Assembly: GCF_018977255.1 (NCBI RefSeq)
Contig: NW_024704742.1
Coordinates: 73,968,001-74,032,000 of the forward strand
Direction of reading: 5' to 3'
Length of the DNA stretch: 64,000 bases
DNA from: Callorhinchus milii
Lineage: Eukaryota
Positions 13,607 through 27,860 of this stretch are shown here, piece after piece; positions within the stretch are counted from its first letter, which is position 1; every line of letters begins with the position of its first letter. The position numbers were made by a program, and so were the translations under genes. A model generated the notes under the pieces. It did not search any database. It was not told the origin of the DNA and was given only the letters and a program-made list of their open reading frames with translations.

Positions 13607-14488
13607 GTACCTAGCCACCCACCTACAATACACAGTCACTACACTGTTATAGTAAAATCTTGTGATGTGCTCTGAGACGTTTCAGCGACATCATAAGGTC
13701 CTATTATCAAATCCAAGGATTATTATTGATTGTAATATATTATTATACCCTCTACCAAGACATGATCAAAATAGTCATGTACTAGTATATTAATATGTTT
13801 GAATTGGACAAAAGAGACAGGATCCATCTACATGTCTTACTAAACACTTGATTCCTTAAATACAAAATGTTGTCCACAAAGAACCATTATGGTAAATACT
13901 GTAATTTTGTTGTTTCATAGCTAATTTCTGCTTTTTCATGTTCTGTGAACGGTGTAATAGGGCAGTATTTATTTGGCTCCAGATTATATAAGAATATCTT
14001 AAAAGAACAGTGTTGTCTATGTTTTTACCAATGTTGACCAGGGAATATACAGAACAAATTTCTATATGAAGAACTTGATTTTACTGCTTTTAAGTTCTAT
14101 TTTTTCTGTAATAGAAAGACTGAGATTCCAAAATGATTTTTGTTTACCATAAAGTTGTTTAGTGTGAGATTTGCTTTTGGCTAGTTTAAGAGAGCTGACC
14201 ATTTCTCTTAGTACATAGTACACTCAATATTCAGTGAAAATTGATGTTATTTTCAATCGTCAAGGGTGGGGAATCTAGGAATGAGTCAACAAACTATTTA
14301 TTAAGATTAATTTACAGTATATGACTGCTTATATTTGCAATTGGAAGGCACTTGATAAGGTAATTGTTCAGTTTTAATCGTTGGCAACTTTTGTGTAAAT
14401 GCAGCTGTTGCAACATATCCAGGTTAGACACTATTAGTATTTTGGGTGATTGCGTACTTTACTATGGGTGTTATTCGTTTTTTGGCAG

Positions 14489-14589
14489 ATTGTACAGATG
14501 AACAATTATTGTGGTGTTGGAATTGATGCAGAGTTGAGTCTGGACTTCCATCAAGCAAGGGAAGAAGATCCGGACAAATTCAATAGCAG
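14489..14589 (+). CDS. DGKQ: DGKQ exon, DAGK accessory domain ([34 protein letters not shown])
   Basis: MNNY..GIDA motif; ggcag acceptor, AG|gtgaga donor. Confidence 0.97.
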
Positions 14590-15560
14590 GTGAGATTAAT
14601 AGGTTAAATTGTGTATTAGTACTGCAAGACCCTACCTTTGTGAAGTGCACTGTATAAATAGTGAGGTTAACAGGTTAAATTGTATGTTAATATTGAGAGA
14701 CACTACCTGAGTGAAGGTTAATAGATTAAATTGTGTATTAGCACTGCGAGACCCTACCCGTGTGAAGAATGCTATATAAATGTAAGTTGGTGTTGTGTTA
14801 TTCATTAATGCATGAAGGAAATGTCATTTAAATTGGAATCTAAAGAGGACTGAGGTGACGAATGCAAATCATTGACTAACCTGTCCTATCTATGTGTCCT
14901 TTAGTAAAACCCATTTTCAGTCGCCATTTTTTTGTGTTGTAAAATTGTACTAATCAGCACATTGGATTCCATCTACTCTACAGCTGAAAATTAATACCCT
15001 AGCTCATTCTTCTCTAAATTCAGCAATGGAAATCCTTTAGTATCAAACTTCAAGTGCTTGATGTTAGATGGTGTTATACACCCAGATAAAAACAATAAAT
15101 ATAACTGTTCCGCTTGTCTTTATTTTTGCTCAGATCTTCAGGTAACACTCGTGATTCCTGTTAGGCCAAGTACACATCCAACAATCACAAAATTATTTTT
15201 ACCATCAAAGGAGACTGCAGTAAATATAGAAATATTTATTACCACGCCCTCAAAACACACAATCAATACACTTTACAGTAAATCCTGTGAAGTGCTTTGA
15301 GATGCCTCCTGATGTGAAAGGCACTATATCATATACAATAATTATTATTTTTATTCTAGTTTGCTATCTCTGACTTTATTGTTCTCTTTTAAGTGTTCAC
15401 TGCTAATTCTTTTCTTTTTCTCTTTGTTTATTTATGATTTTCTTTCACTCTCTTCCCCCCTCTCTATCTGGTCATTGTTAATATTTACCCATTTGCACTT
15501 TGTTGTAAGTTGCAATTTAGATTTAAAAAATTGGAACAACATGCTATAATAACACTACAT

Positions 15561-16045
15561 ACAATGGAAGCTGGTTAAGTCGGACACATGGCCGTTTTAT
15601 CCAGTATAAGAGGTGTCCGAGGGTAACTGAAATACCATTCCCACCCAGCAGAGGAGCATCACCAACACCGTATAAAAATATGTAATAATGTTGTTTCACT
15701 TGAAACAATGTTAACTAACCAAACAGGACACAAGTATTTTAACCTAGGAGTTCAAGCTAAAATCCTGTACCTCAACAGATTTCAGTGAAGTATGTTTACA
15801 TTTGTTTGGCTGCAAAATACCAGCAGAGGAGGAGCTTCCTGCCGTTCCCATTAGATGGAAACAGGATCAATTAGCAACGGTGCTGAGGTGATTGACAGCC
15901 TGGAGCCACTTGTGAATGGCTGGGCTGTCAATCAATGAGTGCATTCAGCGGCTCAGCTGTCAATCAATGAATTGGGGCCGGGCATTTTGTTAAATTTACC
16001 CGGGGTCACGGGTAACCAGCGTCCAGCAAAAATGTATTCCACTAC
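15561..16045. mobile_element. Probable Tigger-like MITE remnant
   Basis: ta|caatggaagctggttaagtcggacac left end; degenerate right end ...attccacta. Confidence 0.35.
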
Positions 16046-16117
16046 ATATAAAAAGAGAACATAAGGTTATCCCATTAAAAATATATCTTCTGATATGTTG
16101 CTTATTTTTAAATTTAG

Positions 16118-16264
16118 ATTTCATAACAAAGGTGTATATGTCAAAGTTGGACTGCAGAAGATTAGCCACACCCGAAGCCTTCGCAAGGATTTGAAGCTAC
16201 AAGTTGATGAACGTGAAGTAGAGCTTCCAAATATTGAAGGCCTGATCTTTCTTAACATTCCCAG
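16118..16264 (+). CDS. DGKQ: DGKQ exon (FHNKGVYVKVGLQKISHTRSLRKDLKLQVDEREVELPNIEGLIFLNIPS)
   Basis: tttag acceptor, AG|gtagaa donor; phase-consistent; resembles DGK-theta. Confidence 0.96.
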
Positions 16265-16309
16265 GTAGAACGTTGTGTGAAACCAGAGAGCTTCTCTGAC
16301 ATGTAACCT

Positions 16310-16702
16310 CACAGTTGGCTCAGTTGGTAGCACTCACATCTCTGAGTTAGAAGGTTATGGGTTCAAGCCCCACATTGTGAATTTGAGCTCACAGTCAAGG
16401 CTGACATCCCAATAAGTGCTGGAAGAGTGCTAATTGTTGGAGATGCCATCCTTTGCATGAGATGCCATCCTTTGCATGAAATCAAGTTCTTGTTAAAGAT
16501 CTCATGGCAGTCTTTGAAAAGAATTGTGATGGGCAATATTTTTCCAAATAAAATTGGTCATTCGTTTCTTTGGTGTGCACAAATTAGCTGTTGCATTTGC
16601 CCACAAAATACACAGTTGCTGCACTTCACAGTAAATCCTGTGATGCGTTTTGAGACATTCTCCTGACATGATAGGTGCAATATCAAATGCAAGTATTGTT
16701 AT
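16310..16702 (+). mobile_element. Degraded Deu-domain SINE
   Basis: tggctcagttgg and ggttcaagcc boxes; Deu-like body; atcaaatgcaag tail. Confidence 0.75.
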
Positions 16703-18030
16703 GTTACTGTCCTTTTTTTCTGAACTAGTTAAGAATGATTAAATTTCAGAACTATTAATAATTATACTTGCATTTGTTATAGCGCCTTATCACTTTGTCC
16801 AGAAGTGCTTCACATGATTTTACTGTGAACTGTAATGGCTGTGTATTGGAGAAAAACACAGCAGCCAATATGCACACAGTAATGTCCCACAAACAGCTAT
16901 GAAGTACATTGTGATTTGGTTCCTAATTGTGATCTAAAACATATTCTTGTGATAACCATTGTTCTCCCAGTTTAGTCAGTGTTTGGATTGGGATTGAATC
17001 CAATGAAATGTTAGAACTCTTGCCCACTTCAAATTAATTGGCTCCTCATCTCACTGTTGCCTTATTTCCTGTCAGCCTGACACAGTTGCTAGCACTCTTA
17101 CCTTTGGATCAGAAGGTTTAAAACCCACATTAATCTTATAGTTTAATCAAATCTGAATTCCAGTGCAGGTAATGAGGGAACAATTGATACACAGATTAAA
17201 TGAATGGAAAGATAATATAAAGATTGTACAAAGTCTACACAGAAAAAAAAGGGGAAAGGTCTGGGAGAAGTATATAAGTTTAACTAAATATAATAATTAA
17301 AACATAAGTGTGCACATACCTAAAGCATTTGATTATTATTACTGAAAGCCTGTTGTTGAGGTGGAACATTATTACAGTCATGCATTGCAGTCGCTCATAT
17401 TTAACTAAAACAAAATCTCTGTTAGTGCAGACTTGTGAGTTTGGGATAAATGAGAGGCTTTTTCTGTAAATTGTGCTTAAGAATGCTTGCTTTTGATTCT
17501 TATTTAAAAGGCTATATATATTAATTTGTACATATACAGTAAACCCCACCATCTGGCCACCACGTATCCAGATTTTGAAGTTAGCTGGACCAGGTTCGGA
17601 AAAAAGCTGCAGTTTTGAGCACTAAAAATCTACGCCGTGTTTTTAAACTCCCACCAGTCTATGTGGCGCCCACAGTTTGACTCTGATTTGTTTAACCATG
17701 AGCATCAGGTTGAATAGAGAACTATTGTTACTTTATTGTCTATTTATTTATTTAAAATTCTTTTTTATTCATTTTCAATGCTCGGTCGGATTGATTTTTA
17801 CTTATTTTCTTCTATTTTAAGTGTTTAGGCTCTGGAATCAGGCTACGTCACTATTAAGCGCTCTGAGACACTACCCTGCGTGCCTGGCACAAGTTGCTGT
17901 TGTTGTTTAATGTAAGGTTTAGCAGTTAGCCAGAATCTCTGGCTTGCCGGACCTGATCCCACCCCATTAGTCCGTTGGAGGTGGGCAGTAACTGCATGTT
18001 AACCATTGGGTTTTATCTGCTTGTTCACAG

Positions 18031-18142
18031 CTGGGGGTCTGGAGCAGACTTGTGGGGGTCTGATAATGACAGCCGGTTTGATAAATCCAAGCTTGATGAT
18101 GGTATACTTGAAGTCGTTGGGGTTACCGGCGTAGTACATATG
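18031..18142 (+). CDS. DGKQ: DGKQ exon (WGSGADLWGSDNDSRFDKSKLDDGILEVVGVTGVVHM)
   Basis: DDG.LEVVG motif; ttcacag acceptor, ATG|gtacaa donor. Confidence 0.96.
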
Positions 18143-19666
18143 GTACAAATTCATTGTTTTCTCTCATTATTAATTCCGCAACTCTCAAGATTGCTTCCCC
18201 AGTTCCTCTCGACACTCCTTTTTGGTTTTCAAAATCCACCTAAAATCCTATCTAATTGCTTTCAGTCACCTCTTCCCTCTCCCTCCCAGCTCTGATTCCC
18301 ATCAGTCTTTATAAAATTTGCATGTTTTATTTTAAAATGAGCTAGCTGGCTGCACACATGTGGATTCGGGTTCCACACCCCAATGCACTATACGCGCGCC
18401 ATAGTGTATATATTATAATATTATATTATATATGAAATTCCATAATATAATGAAACACATTATAATCGGGTTCTACTGTTCTATATTCTCCTTATTTTGA
18501 AATAAAGTGGTACACACTGCTGTTCCACAGACAAAAGGCATTTGTTTTCTTAGTTTTGTTTCAATTCCCAATATTTAACTGCTTTGTAGATTATATGTGA
18601 AAAAAAAGCTGAGCCCTGAAATTCCATATTTCATATTGAGCAGAATTGAAGAAAATTATTAAAGTTACATTCAGTCTTATTCAAAAATGAAAAAATGAAA
18701 AAACAGGTTCAAATTAAGGCTAAAAATAAGATTTTTAACCAATTCTGTGCAATCATAAGTAGACATACAATTGAAAATAAATCCCTTCTCTGCTCAACAC
18801 CATTATCATAAGGGTGAGGCTATAATTGATATAAATGCAAGGATTATTATGATATAAAGATTCTCATCGCAAAAACAGGTACTGTACAGCAGCCTTGTTC
18901 AGGAGAACTCAGGATTCATCATCGATTTGTTCCCAGGAGAAAAGAACCTACAGATTGGCTTTATTCTAGCCCTGTAATGGTACAGAACTCAAACCTCATA
19001 AATCTCACCTCAATTTCACCATTGCCCTCATTGACAATCTCCCTAACTCCACCATTCTCAAAGTTTATTCAAAATTCAAAGTCATTGATAACTCTGTCAC
19101 CCATATCCTCACCTGTACTAAACTCCATACCTCCATCAACACTGTCGTTGCCAGGCTCCATTGGCTCCCTGTTGCAGATTTCAAGATCCTCAAACTCGCC
19201 GTCAAATCATGTAATGCCTTTGCACCTCCCTACTTCTCCAACCGGCTCACACCCCATTCCCATACCCGTCACCTTTGCTCAGTCAGTTTGAATCTGCACA
19301 TCACTCAATCCCTCCGCTCCACCATCGACAGCCGTGCCTTTAGCTACTACGTCTTGAACCTCTTTGACTCCCTGTCTCAATCCCTCTGCCTCGTTGACTG
19401 TGCCTGCGATCTCCTCCCCTTTCACCTTGGCTCGACATCTATCTACACCATCGTTCGTGCCCTGGGATGATACTATATAAATGCAAATTATTATATTTTT
19501 TAAATCGCTTACAGCTACCAACAGAGATTAGCTGTTGTCCAAATTAGATATTTCTGTATGGTATTCCTTTGGGTTAAAATCTGTTCTAATTTGTTAACTG
19601 TTTATAGAATGAACTATCCATTTTCTGCAGACAGTAATTTAAGGAGGCATCTTCTGAATGTTGTAG

Positions 19667-19819
19667 GGACAGGTGCAAGGTGGATTGCGCTCTGGAATCC
19701 GTATTGCACAGGGGACATATTTCCGTCTCACGCTGTTAAAACGACTTCATATGCAAGTTGATGGAGAACCATGGATTCAGCCACCAGGACATGTGATCAT
19801 TTCTGCAGCAGGACCAAAG
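19667..19819 (+). CDS. DGKQ: DGKQ exon (GQVQGGLRSGIRIAQG...MQVDGEPWIQPPGHVIISAAGPK)
   Basis: QVDGEPW motif; ttgtag acceptor, AAG|gtaaat donor. Confidence 0.97.
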
Positions 19820-20214
19820 GTAAATAGACACAGGGTACATGATTATTATTATTATGATTATTTTTATTATTGTATGGTCTAAAGCATTATAAGTGACGGT
19901 GGTTAAAGGGAGAACGCAGCAGCTGGAGCAACTCCACTGAATGAAATTCTGAGGACAGATAATTGTTCAAGGTAGGACCCAAGATTGAAACATTTCTGAA
20001 CAAAAGAATGAAGCAAAACTGGCTGCCGTTGTCATAGCCACAACTGCTATTGGGATGTGGACCATATTACCCGGGCTGACTATTGAAGCTGATTGAAGTG
20101 TGACATTAAAAGGAAACTTGACGGGCATCTGACTCAAGAAAAACTGGATAAACATCTTAAAGTGATACTATACCAATGTAAAATGGTATCAGAAAAGAGA
20201 AGGGAATTGGAGTT

Positions 20215-21050
20215 AGGTTTCACGTCAGGAGGACGTCTCACGGCACTGAACAATCAGGGATTGATTGAGCGGAGTGGGAGGGGGCGGGGGGTTGGGATCA
20301 GAAAGGGTAGGAGGTTGGCCAAAGGCATGGTCAAAGAGGAGGGTTTTGAATCGGGTCTTGAAGGAGGCAACAGAGGGAGCGAGGCAAAGGGAATGTGGGA
20401 TGGAGTTCCAGAGGGTGGGGGCATGGAGGCTGAAGGCCCGACCGCCGATGATGGGGCGGGGGTTCCATGGAACAGGCTGGAGCCTGCTGAGCGGAGGGGG
20501 CGGACAGGTTGATAAGGAGTTAGCAGGTTGGAGAGGAAGGAGGAGCAAGGCCATGGAGGGCTTTGAAGGTGGATTTTGAACTCAACCCTTTGAGGAATTA
20601 GAAGCCAGTGAAGCCGGGTGAGGGAGGGTGTGATGGGGTCATGGAGCCTGATGCAGGAGAGGACATGAGCTTCAGAGTTCTGGGTGCTTGTGGAGAGAAG
20701 AGTTGGAAAGGCCGACAAGCAGGGCGTTGGATAGCCTGGAGCTTGTGAAGGGAAGAGGCAGGTAGTCCAGTGAGCAGAGTAATCTAATCTAGTCTGGACG
20801 TGATGAATGTGTGGATTTAGATCTCGGTGGTCTGAGGTGTAGTCGCTGAGGTAGGCATTGTTTGAAGGTGGGGGAAAGCTGAGCAGGTCAGAGCATAAAT
20901 GTGAAGTTTAAAGGACAATTGCAACACATTACTTTCACACTGGTTCCACGAGGTGGATGGTGCATCTATGTAGATTTCTGCTGTTAGCGTGTGAGACGAG
21001 AAGGCACTGACTGGAGCCAAGAAGGATAGCCTCTGTCTTGTCTCCATTCA
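20215..21050 (-). mobile_element. L2 LINE 3' fragment in the last DGKQ intron
   Basis: LHWL, GGRAFSLHAPTLWNSIP and FKTRFKTLLF remnants plus tail. Confidence 0.85.
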
Positions 21051-21285
21051 ACTGGGGAAAGTTAGTGCTGACTGTGCACTAGCCAGTTTTCTACAGATAA
21101 GATCCTGTAAGGAATTTAAGCACTTTTCAATCTTTTGTCTTATTATTAATTCGGAACAAATAGTGTGTATAACAGCTAATTGTTACCAAAGTGGAAGGTA
21201 AACGAGTATGGTATACCATGATTGTCCATGTCTGCCTTGTTTCAGTTTGTCACCTATATTGAGCTGTTGGTTTTGTGTTTTTCAG

Positions 21286-21387
21286 GCTCGCATGTTGAGG
21301 AAATGCAAACAGAAACAAAAGAAGCAGGCGGGAAGTTTCAAGGAGGCACGTTCAGAAAGCATAGCAACCAATGAAATGGGGAACTGA
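21286..21387 (+). CDS. DGKQ: DGKQ terminal coding exon (ARMLRKCKQKQKKQAGSFKEARSESIATNEMGN*)
   Basis: tttttcag acceptor; resembles 'VHMLRKAKQK'; TGA at 21385-21387. Confidence 0.93.
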   Translation, partial: ARMLRKCKQKQKKQAGSFKEARSESIATNEMGN

Positions 21388-24300
21388 GAAAACACGCCTG
21401 TACTAATCTGGAACAAAGCTTAATATGTCTTACTTGTTTGCAGTTAATTCATCAGAAGTTTAGCTCCATAAATCAAGGGATCGGTCATTGTAATTATTAC
21501 ATTTTGCAAAGGTTTGCATTGTGAGATTGTTTTGACCATTTCCCTTGAAACGCTTATGTTGCTTATGTTGCAATCAAGTGCCTCATAGTTCAACAGTAAC
21601 CTCATAACCAGGTGCTGACTCATCAGTCATTTTTTAACCAATCAATGTTTCGCTTTCTCCGATAAATTGGCTTGTTATCAAGATATCATTGATAAATCGA
21701 GAGGCAAAGCATCTTTTACATTTTTTGTAATCACAGCAAATGCCTCACTTTGAAGCCGTATTCCGAATTGTTTCATCGTACTTGGAAATGGGTTACTGAG
21801 TTGAGTCTTAACTTACATAAACTTGTGCAATTGATGGGTCTGAGAGAGCATCTCACTGCGCAAGATCCTAGCTCAACAAACACTCTTGGTGTGAGCAGAC
21901 CAAGGCTGGCGAGTTGAAATTCAGTCAATTCTCAGTTGGAACATTGCTTACTTGGTTCTCAAGGAGTTTCAATCGAGAACCAGGACCCTTTGAAAAATTA
22001 TTCTGAGTGCATTATAGATACAATAGCTTCTTACAGGAGAAAGACATTCAGAGTTCCTTAGTATTTGTTTACCTCTGATGTTTTAAATTAACACAGTGGA
22101 ACTCTGAGCAGATTTTTATATTTGAGCTTACTAGAGTTGATCTAAAGTGAATAGCTCTCTTATACCTTATCAAAGACAAATGTGTTTAGAAAGAAAATAG
22201 TTTTATGGTGAAAGAATATTTATGGGTATTAGTACATTCAGGGATATTTTGTGAGCACATGGATAGAGTAAGAAGTTTGCAATGCTGGTTAAGCATTCTA
22301 ACATACACAATAGTGACCACACAACAAACAAGCAATATATTTTGACACCTCCCAATGTGTCCCTCCTTTTATAAAATTACTGTAATAAGAACACTATTGT
22401 GGTAAAAATCCAGGAAAACATTTGACACCATCATAACTTCTGCCTGGTTTACACTGCTGGAAGTGAGGTGACATTGCTTCCAGCATTAGAGTAATGTGGA
22501 GCAAAAAGCCTGAGTTATATTTCTCACGCCCATTTGCTTTCCCCTGTGGCTGAGGGGAGATCTGCAATTGCTTAACTAAGTAAATCTCTGCAAATAGCAC
22601 CGTGTAAATTGAACTTTAAACTTCACAGATCATGTACCTTGCAACCTATGTTGAGATTTGAGATCCTGTTGTGTTGACAAAGCTGTCAGATAATATTTAA
22701 TCATTCCAATCAGGTTTGTGTGAAATACTGCACAAATATGTAATATGTATTATAAATTAATCCCTACCCAGACAGGACAGCTACAGACATGATGAGGATC
22801 GTGATGAGGGTCTGTGAAATGTGCCTAAACATAAGATGAACACATTTGTGACATAAACCCCAGTGGAAGTCAGTGAATTCATGCTCTGTAATTGATCACA
22901 TAATGTCGTTATGGCCAGTTATAAAGTTATAAATAGTGTTTTACCTCCCAAGGGTTAGAATTGTTCATTGCCAGAAATTGCAATACTGTGCCAATTTTTT
23001 CACTAAATGCCTACACTATGCTGTGTAAATAATAGTTTACAGCACATCACAGAATCATCTAGTGAATTCTACTCCAACTTGTTTCTATTAAATTGCTGTT
23101 TGAATTGGCTGCACACTTTTTTCAAAACTTAAGAGCACACACAGGTTGGTGTAGCTGTACAGATTACATGTGGTATTAAAATCTGATAACAGAACTTAGA
23201 GCAACAGCTCAAATGATGTGCCCAGGTACTAACCTGCTTGGGAAGTCACTTACAAGTCATCTCTCTCTCTGACATGTATACATTCTTCCCTGGGAGAAAG
23301 GAAAATGAAACCAAAATAATGGCAGTAACTGGCACACTTTGGGTTTTACAGTGATGCAAAGAGGATAGTTCCTGCAAAACAATGTTTTGATCCGTAGCAC
23401 TCTGTTTACACGATAGAAAATATATTGCTTATAAGCTTTCAAATTGGCTCAAGACCTTTGCTCAGCTTGGGCTTGTTTTGACCTTAAACACATGTGACAA
23501 ACCCACTTGTGTGAAATTATGTTTCAGGAATGATTTCTTATCTAGATACTTAATAAGTAAGGTGGATACAGTGCTGGGCTACACTGAGGTATGACCTGTT
23601 GATTACGAGAGATTAATGAAATGTTTGAATTATGTTGTATATTTTTTGAATAACTTCGCTCATTCCCTGAGTAGAATTCTTACTGGAATCTGATTCACTG
23701 TCACACATGTTTAAATGATGCGTGGGCTGAAATATCAGTCGGTATTATATCTAACCCCTTTGCTGATGCAAAATTATAATAGGGCAATCTCATCAGCGAT
23801 TAATATCAACAAAGGTGCTTTGCATAACTGACCAGAATTTCAAACTAAGGAACTGAAAGTACTGGAATCAGTGTTATGAGATGATTTTACCAAGCTAATC
23901 ATAGTTAGTGGTTCACATTATATACTGTACACATTTATTGAAAGAAAGTTAAAAATATAATTTCTAAAGCAGCCATGGCAACAAAGTACTGTGTACTAAG
24001 GAACTAATGTTTTTTTTTGCAGGAACTGAGTTCTAGCATTTTTCTGATATTGCAGCACTTCCAAGGAATAGAAGTTGGATCCCTTTGGGAAATGAAAACG
24101 ATTTCTAGCTCCCAAAATGTTTACATTTTTAAATTCTAAAGTTTTCTTTCAGTAATGTTAGCACATTCTGGAATATATAGTAACATTTGTACCTCTTGAG
24201 TTGTCAGAACCAATTTATTTTATTACAAGTCTTTAATAGATCACTTTATTTTAACGGTTTCAATTTTAAATTTCTTGGGGAACAATTGTGTAGCAGCTAT

Positions 24301-25877
24301 TTTTTTTAATTTAATGGAAAATGTATTCCCAAAGGTATTGAGTTGCTACAGTTTCTAACTTGGTTACATTCTAAAATTCTTGTTTTATAGCAAAATAATG
24401 ATCCCAATCACATCTGCTATTAAAGCCAATGATGTGAGTATTTATCCTCCGTTTATAGCCTACAGATACACAGACAGTACACTTCACTGCAACTCCTGTA
24501 ACTCCCTTAAAACATCTCTGTATAATAAGGAGCTCTGTCTAATGGGAAGATTTTATTAATATAGATTTATGAAAGATCCTGACACAATTTTTGTTAATGG
24601 TAAACCACAAATTAATATCGTGGTCATTATCATTCAGAGGATGGGAAGTCCAGACTTAAATGAAGTCTGGGGGGTCAGTCTTCTGGATCACTGAAGCTTG
24701 TAGGTACTACAATTAATTGCGTGACAGCCAGTAACTCTTCCCCATTTTGTCACTGGTCATGTTTGCCATTGTTTGGCAGAAGGGATGTTAGCAGTATGTC
24801 AGACATATCGCATCATTTGCCTAAAACCTATCAACCTTATCAATATTTGAAATGAATGTAAGAATGAAGAAAATGTATTCAGCTCATCCATCTTTATCCG
24901 TTTCTTCCTTCAGAAACTAAACCATTTTCATTACAAATTCCATCCTTTTATTAAAGGACAAATCAGCCATTTTTTTCATTTGCCTTTGTAATACTTTTCT
25001 TGTTAAAACTCATTTGGATTAAGTCATCCAGTGTTGTTTTTGATTACATTATGGTACAGCATTAAAAACATTCAGTTTCTGTATTGCCTCCAGAAATAGA
25101 TACTACTGTTTCATATAGAGATTGTGAGTGTTGTCCTGTGAACATTGTAATTTTATCTCTGTTGGGTAGTGCTTGTATTTCTTTAATGGAATCCAGTCAC
25201 AAGGTGCAGATGCTTGGTGTAATACCATAATTCATAAAGAATTGTTTATTAGGCAATATGACAATACAGTACTTTCAGTATTGACTTACTCAAACAAGCA
25301 AACATGAAAAAGGTAGAATTTAAACAGAACAATTTTCTGCTCAAAGTGCCAGTAATGCCAACCAAACAATCCTTGAATTACCATTTCATGTCAGGGCTTT
25401 GATGAGTTTTGGGATTTTTTCTTTTAGAGTGCTGGAATCCATAAGAACTGCCAATGTGTTCAATGTGTTGAAAGCATCTATGGCCTTTGTCTAAAACTTG
25501 TTGGATGTGAAAGTATACTGTTTACTTGTGGAAACGATTTCTTCCTGTAGTTTGTCTTATGCAATGTTAGTTCTCGAGTTTCTGTTTTGTAGCCTAAGCA
25601 GTGGGAAGACCTCTTGCACACAAGTTTTGTGTTGTGCTACTCGTGGTTCATTTGTCGATGACCTAAGTAAGGACCATATCATTCCACCACCTGTACTAAA
25701 ATTAGAATTTGCGTCCTTTGATGTTGACTACATCAGTTGTGTATATTTTGAAGTGATAAGGTAAATGATTTGCTTTTGTTGTAAAAATTTGCACTGAAAG
25801 TGTGACATATAATCACTTATTCTGAATGTATTGTTCAATAGAGACTTATGGAAAGAATTCCAACATTTCTGCAATTT

Positions 25878-25883
25878 AATAAA
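25878..25883 (+). terminator. Candidate DGKQ polyadenylation signal AATAAA
   Basis: AATAAA followed by GT-rich sequence (tgtgtgtgcctgtagtttt), at the end of a long repeat-poor AT-rich stretch. Confidence 0.5.
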
Positions 25884-27539
25884 ACCAAATTTCTATGTGT
25901 GTGCCTGTAGTTTTATGCAAAGGATAGAAAGAAAGAACTTCGATATGCAGCATCCATATACCTATTTCTCTTCAGTGCATTGTGTAAGGGAGACGTATGG
26001 GTTGGGATCGGAGCCACAATTACACAGTTCCCAATCTAAGCCATCAGCAGCAGCAAGTGGAAAATACACTCTTGTGCAGCTTCCGGTGGCCATCAGGACT
26101 GGCATTGACAGATGCCTGATAGTAACTTGTGTGTTTTAAGCGCTCTTGAGACACTACCCTGCGTGGAGGGCGCTATATAAGTGCAAGTTGTCGTCGTTTT
26201 AGGTCAAGGCAAAGGGAGGGAGTAAAAACAACGATCAAACAAAAAGTAAGTACCTATTTTACGCATTTCACATGGTACATAGTGTGGCAGCTAATCAATC
26301 TAAAAGGTTTACTGGTTACGCTTTAATTGGACCCCTTTTTGAGGTTTCTCAGCTGTAAGTCATTTTTTCCTGTGATATACAGTATTGGAAGCCAGGACAC
26401 CGAGGGAAACCATGGAATCTGTAACATCCACATGAATAGACAGGACTTGAATTCAATGTCACATCTGAAAGTTGGCACCTCCAACACTGCAGCAAACCCC
26501 CAGCACTGTTATTAGCCTTGTGTCAGCTGAGACCAGTGGTGGCCAACCTGTGAGTGCCCCACACACGCACATTTGCATTAGCCTTGTGTGATCAAAAGTG
26601 TGTTTTCAGGTTTATGGCATAAATCACAAAATATTCAATCAAGAAAATGTATTTTGATGTCCTTGGACTATGAGTTCAAAGTCCCAAAGTGGGTATTGAG
26701 TTCACAACTTTCTGACTCCGAGGCGAGAGTACTATTATCTGAGCAAGGCTGTTTTACTATATTTCATTTAACTATAGATCTGTGTTTGTTATGATGTGTT
26801 CACATTGACTTACATTGATGCATTTTTCCTTTAAAAAAGTCACGTTTTGCCCACAGAATACACAGTCACTACACTTTACAGTATATTCTGTGAAGCGCTT
26901 TGAGACGTCTCAAAGACATGATAAGGCGCTATATCAAATGCAAGGTTTATTATTATTGAATGAACAATTTTTATAAGAATTAATTATTTCTTAAAGTAAT
27001 TCAGACTTCATTTCTAATAAGAAATCTTGGGTCCAAAATGAGTTTGTGCCAAAGTGCGAGCGGGTAGGGTAGTCCTAGCTGGACAAGTAGCGTGAAAGCT
27101 TGTGATATCATTGACAATGGCAAGCTATCCGGTTTTAGTTGATTAGACTCTAGCAGTAGTCTTGCAACACACCCCAAGCCTTGGTTCTTGCCAACCTGCA
27201 CCTAATACTTTCCAGAATCCGGTAAGCAGGATATGTCCCTCCAGGGAGAGAGTGCGCATTCCATACCAATAATCTATCTCTGGGATTTCCATGTGTAGTT
27301 GGGATGCAGGGAAATCTCATCTTAGTTTGGATACCCTTAAGCATGATGATGGGTTTCCGCATGTGATAGACACCTAGTGACCAAAATAAATTGTCTGGAA
27401 ATGTGGAGAGAACACTATCTTTGACTGTAAGGAGCTGAGCAACAGCTACAGAATCAATGCTGCCTGATGAGAGATTGTATAGATTCACACAGGAAGAAAA
27501 AGAGAACCTGTTTCCCACAATTTATTAGATCATGGCAGG

Positions 27540-27860
27540 TTTTAATCCCATTTCTCTGCCTTTTATCCAATTTCCCTGTTTTTTGTTGGTAATTCCTTAA
27601 AACCCTTGCTTCCTAAGGATCTGTCTATGTCCCTTTTAAGCTTCCTGATCAATTCTGCCTCTACAGCCTTCTAGGCATTGCTTCAGTGTTACAAGCCTTT
27701 GCATGAAGATATTTTTGCTGATCTCACATCTAACTGTCTTAACTCTAAGTTTAAGACTATTACCTCTTGTTTTGGATTACTCGACTACAACAAATAGTCT
27801 CCCCTGTCTATCTTGTCAATTCCCAATTTTATTTGATATATCTCAGATCTGGTCTGGACA
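27540..27860 (-). mobile_element. Degraded CR1 3' fragment
   Basis: Resembles the reverse complement of the CR1 ORF2 end and 3' UTR. Confidence 0.45.

Noticed and set aside
22786..22820. C/D-box snoRNA suggested by ATGATGA/GTGATGA
   Set aside because: No suitably spaced D box with a terminal stem, and it lies in the inferred 3' UTR rather than an intron
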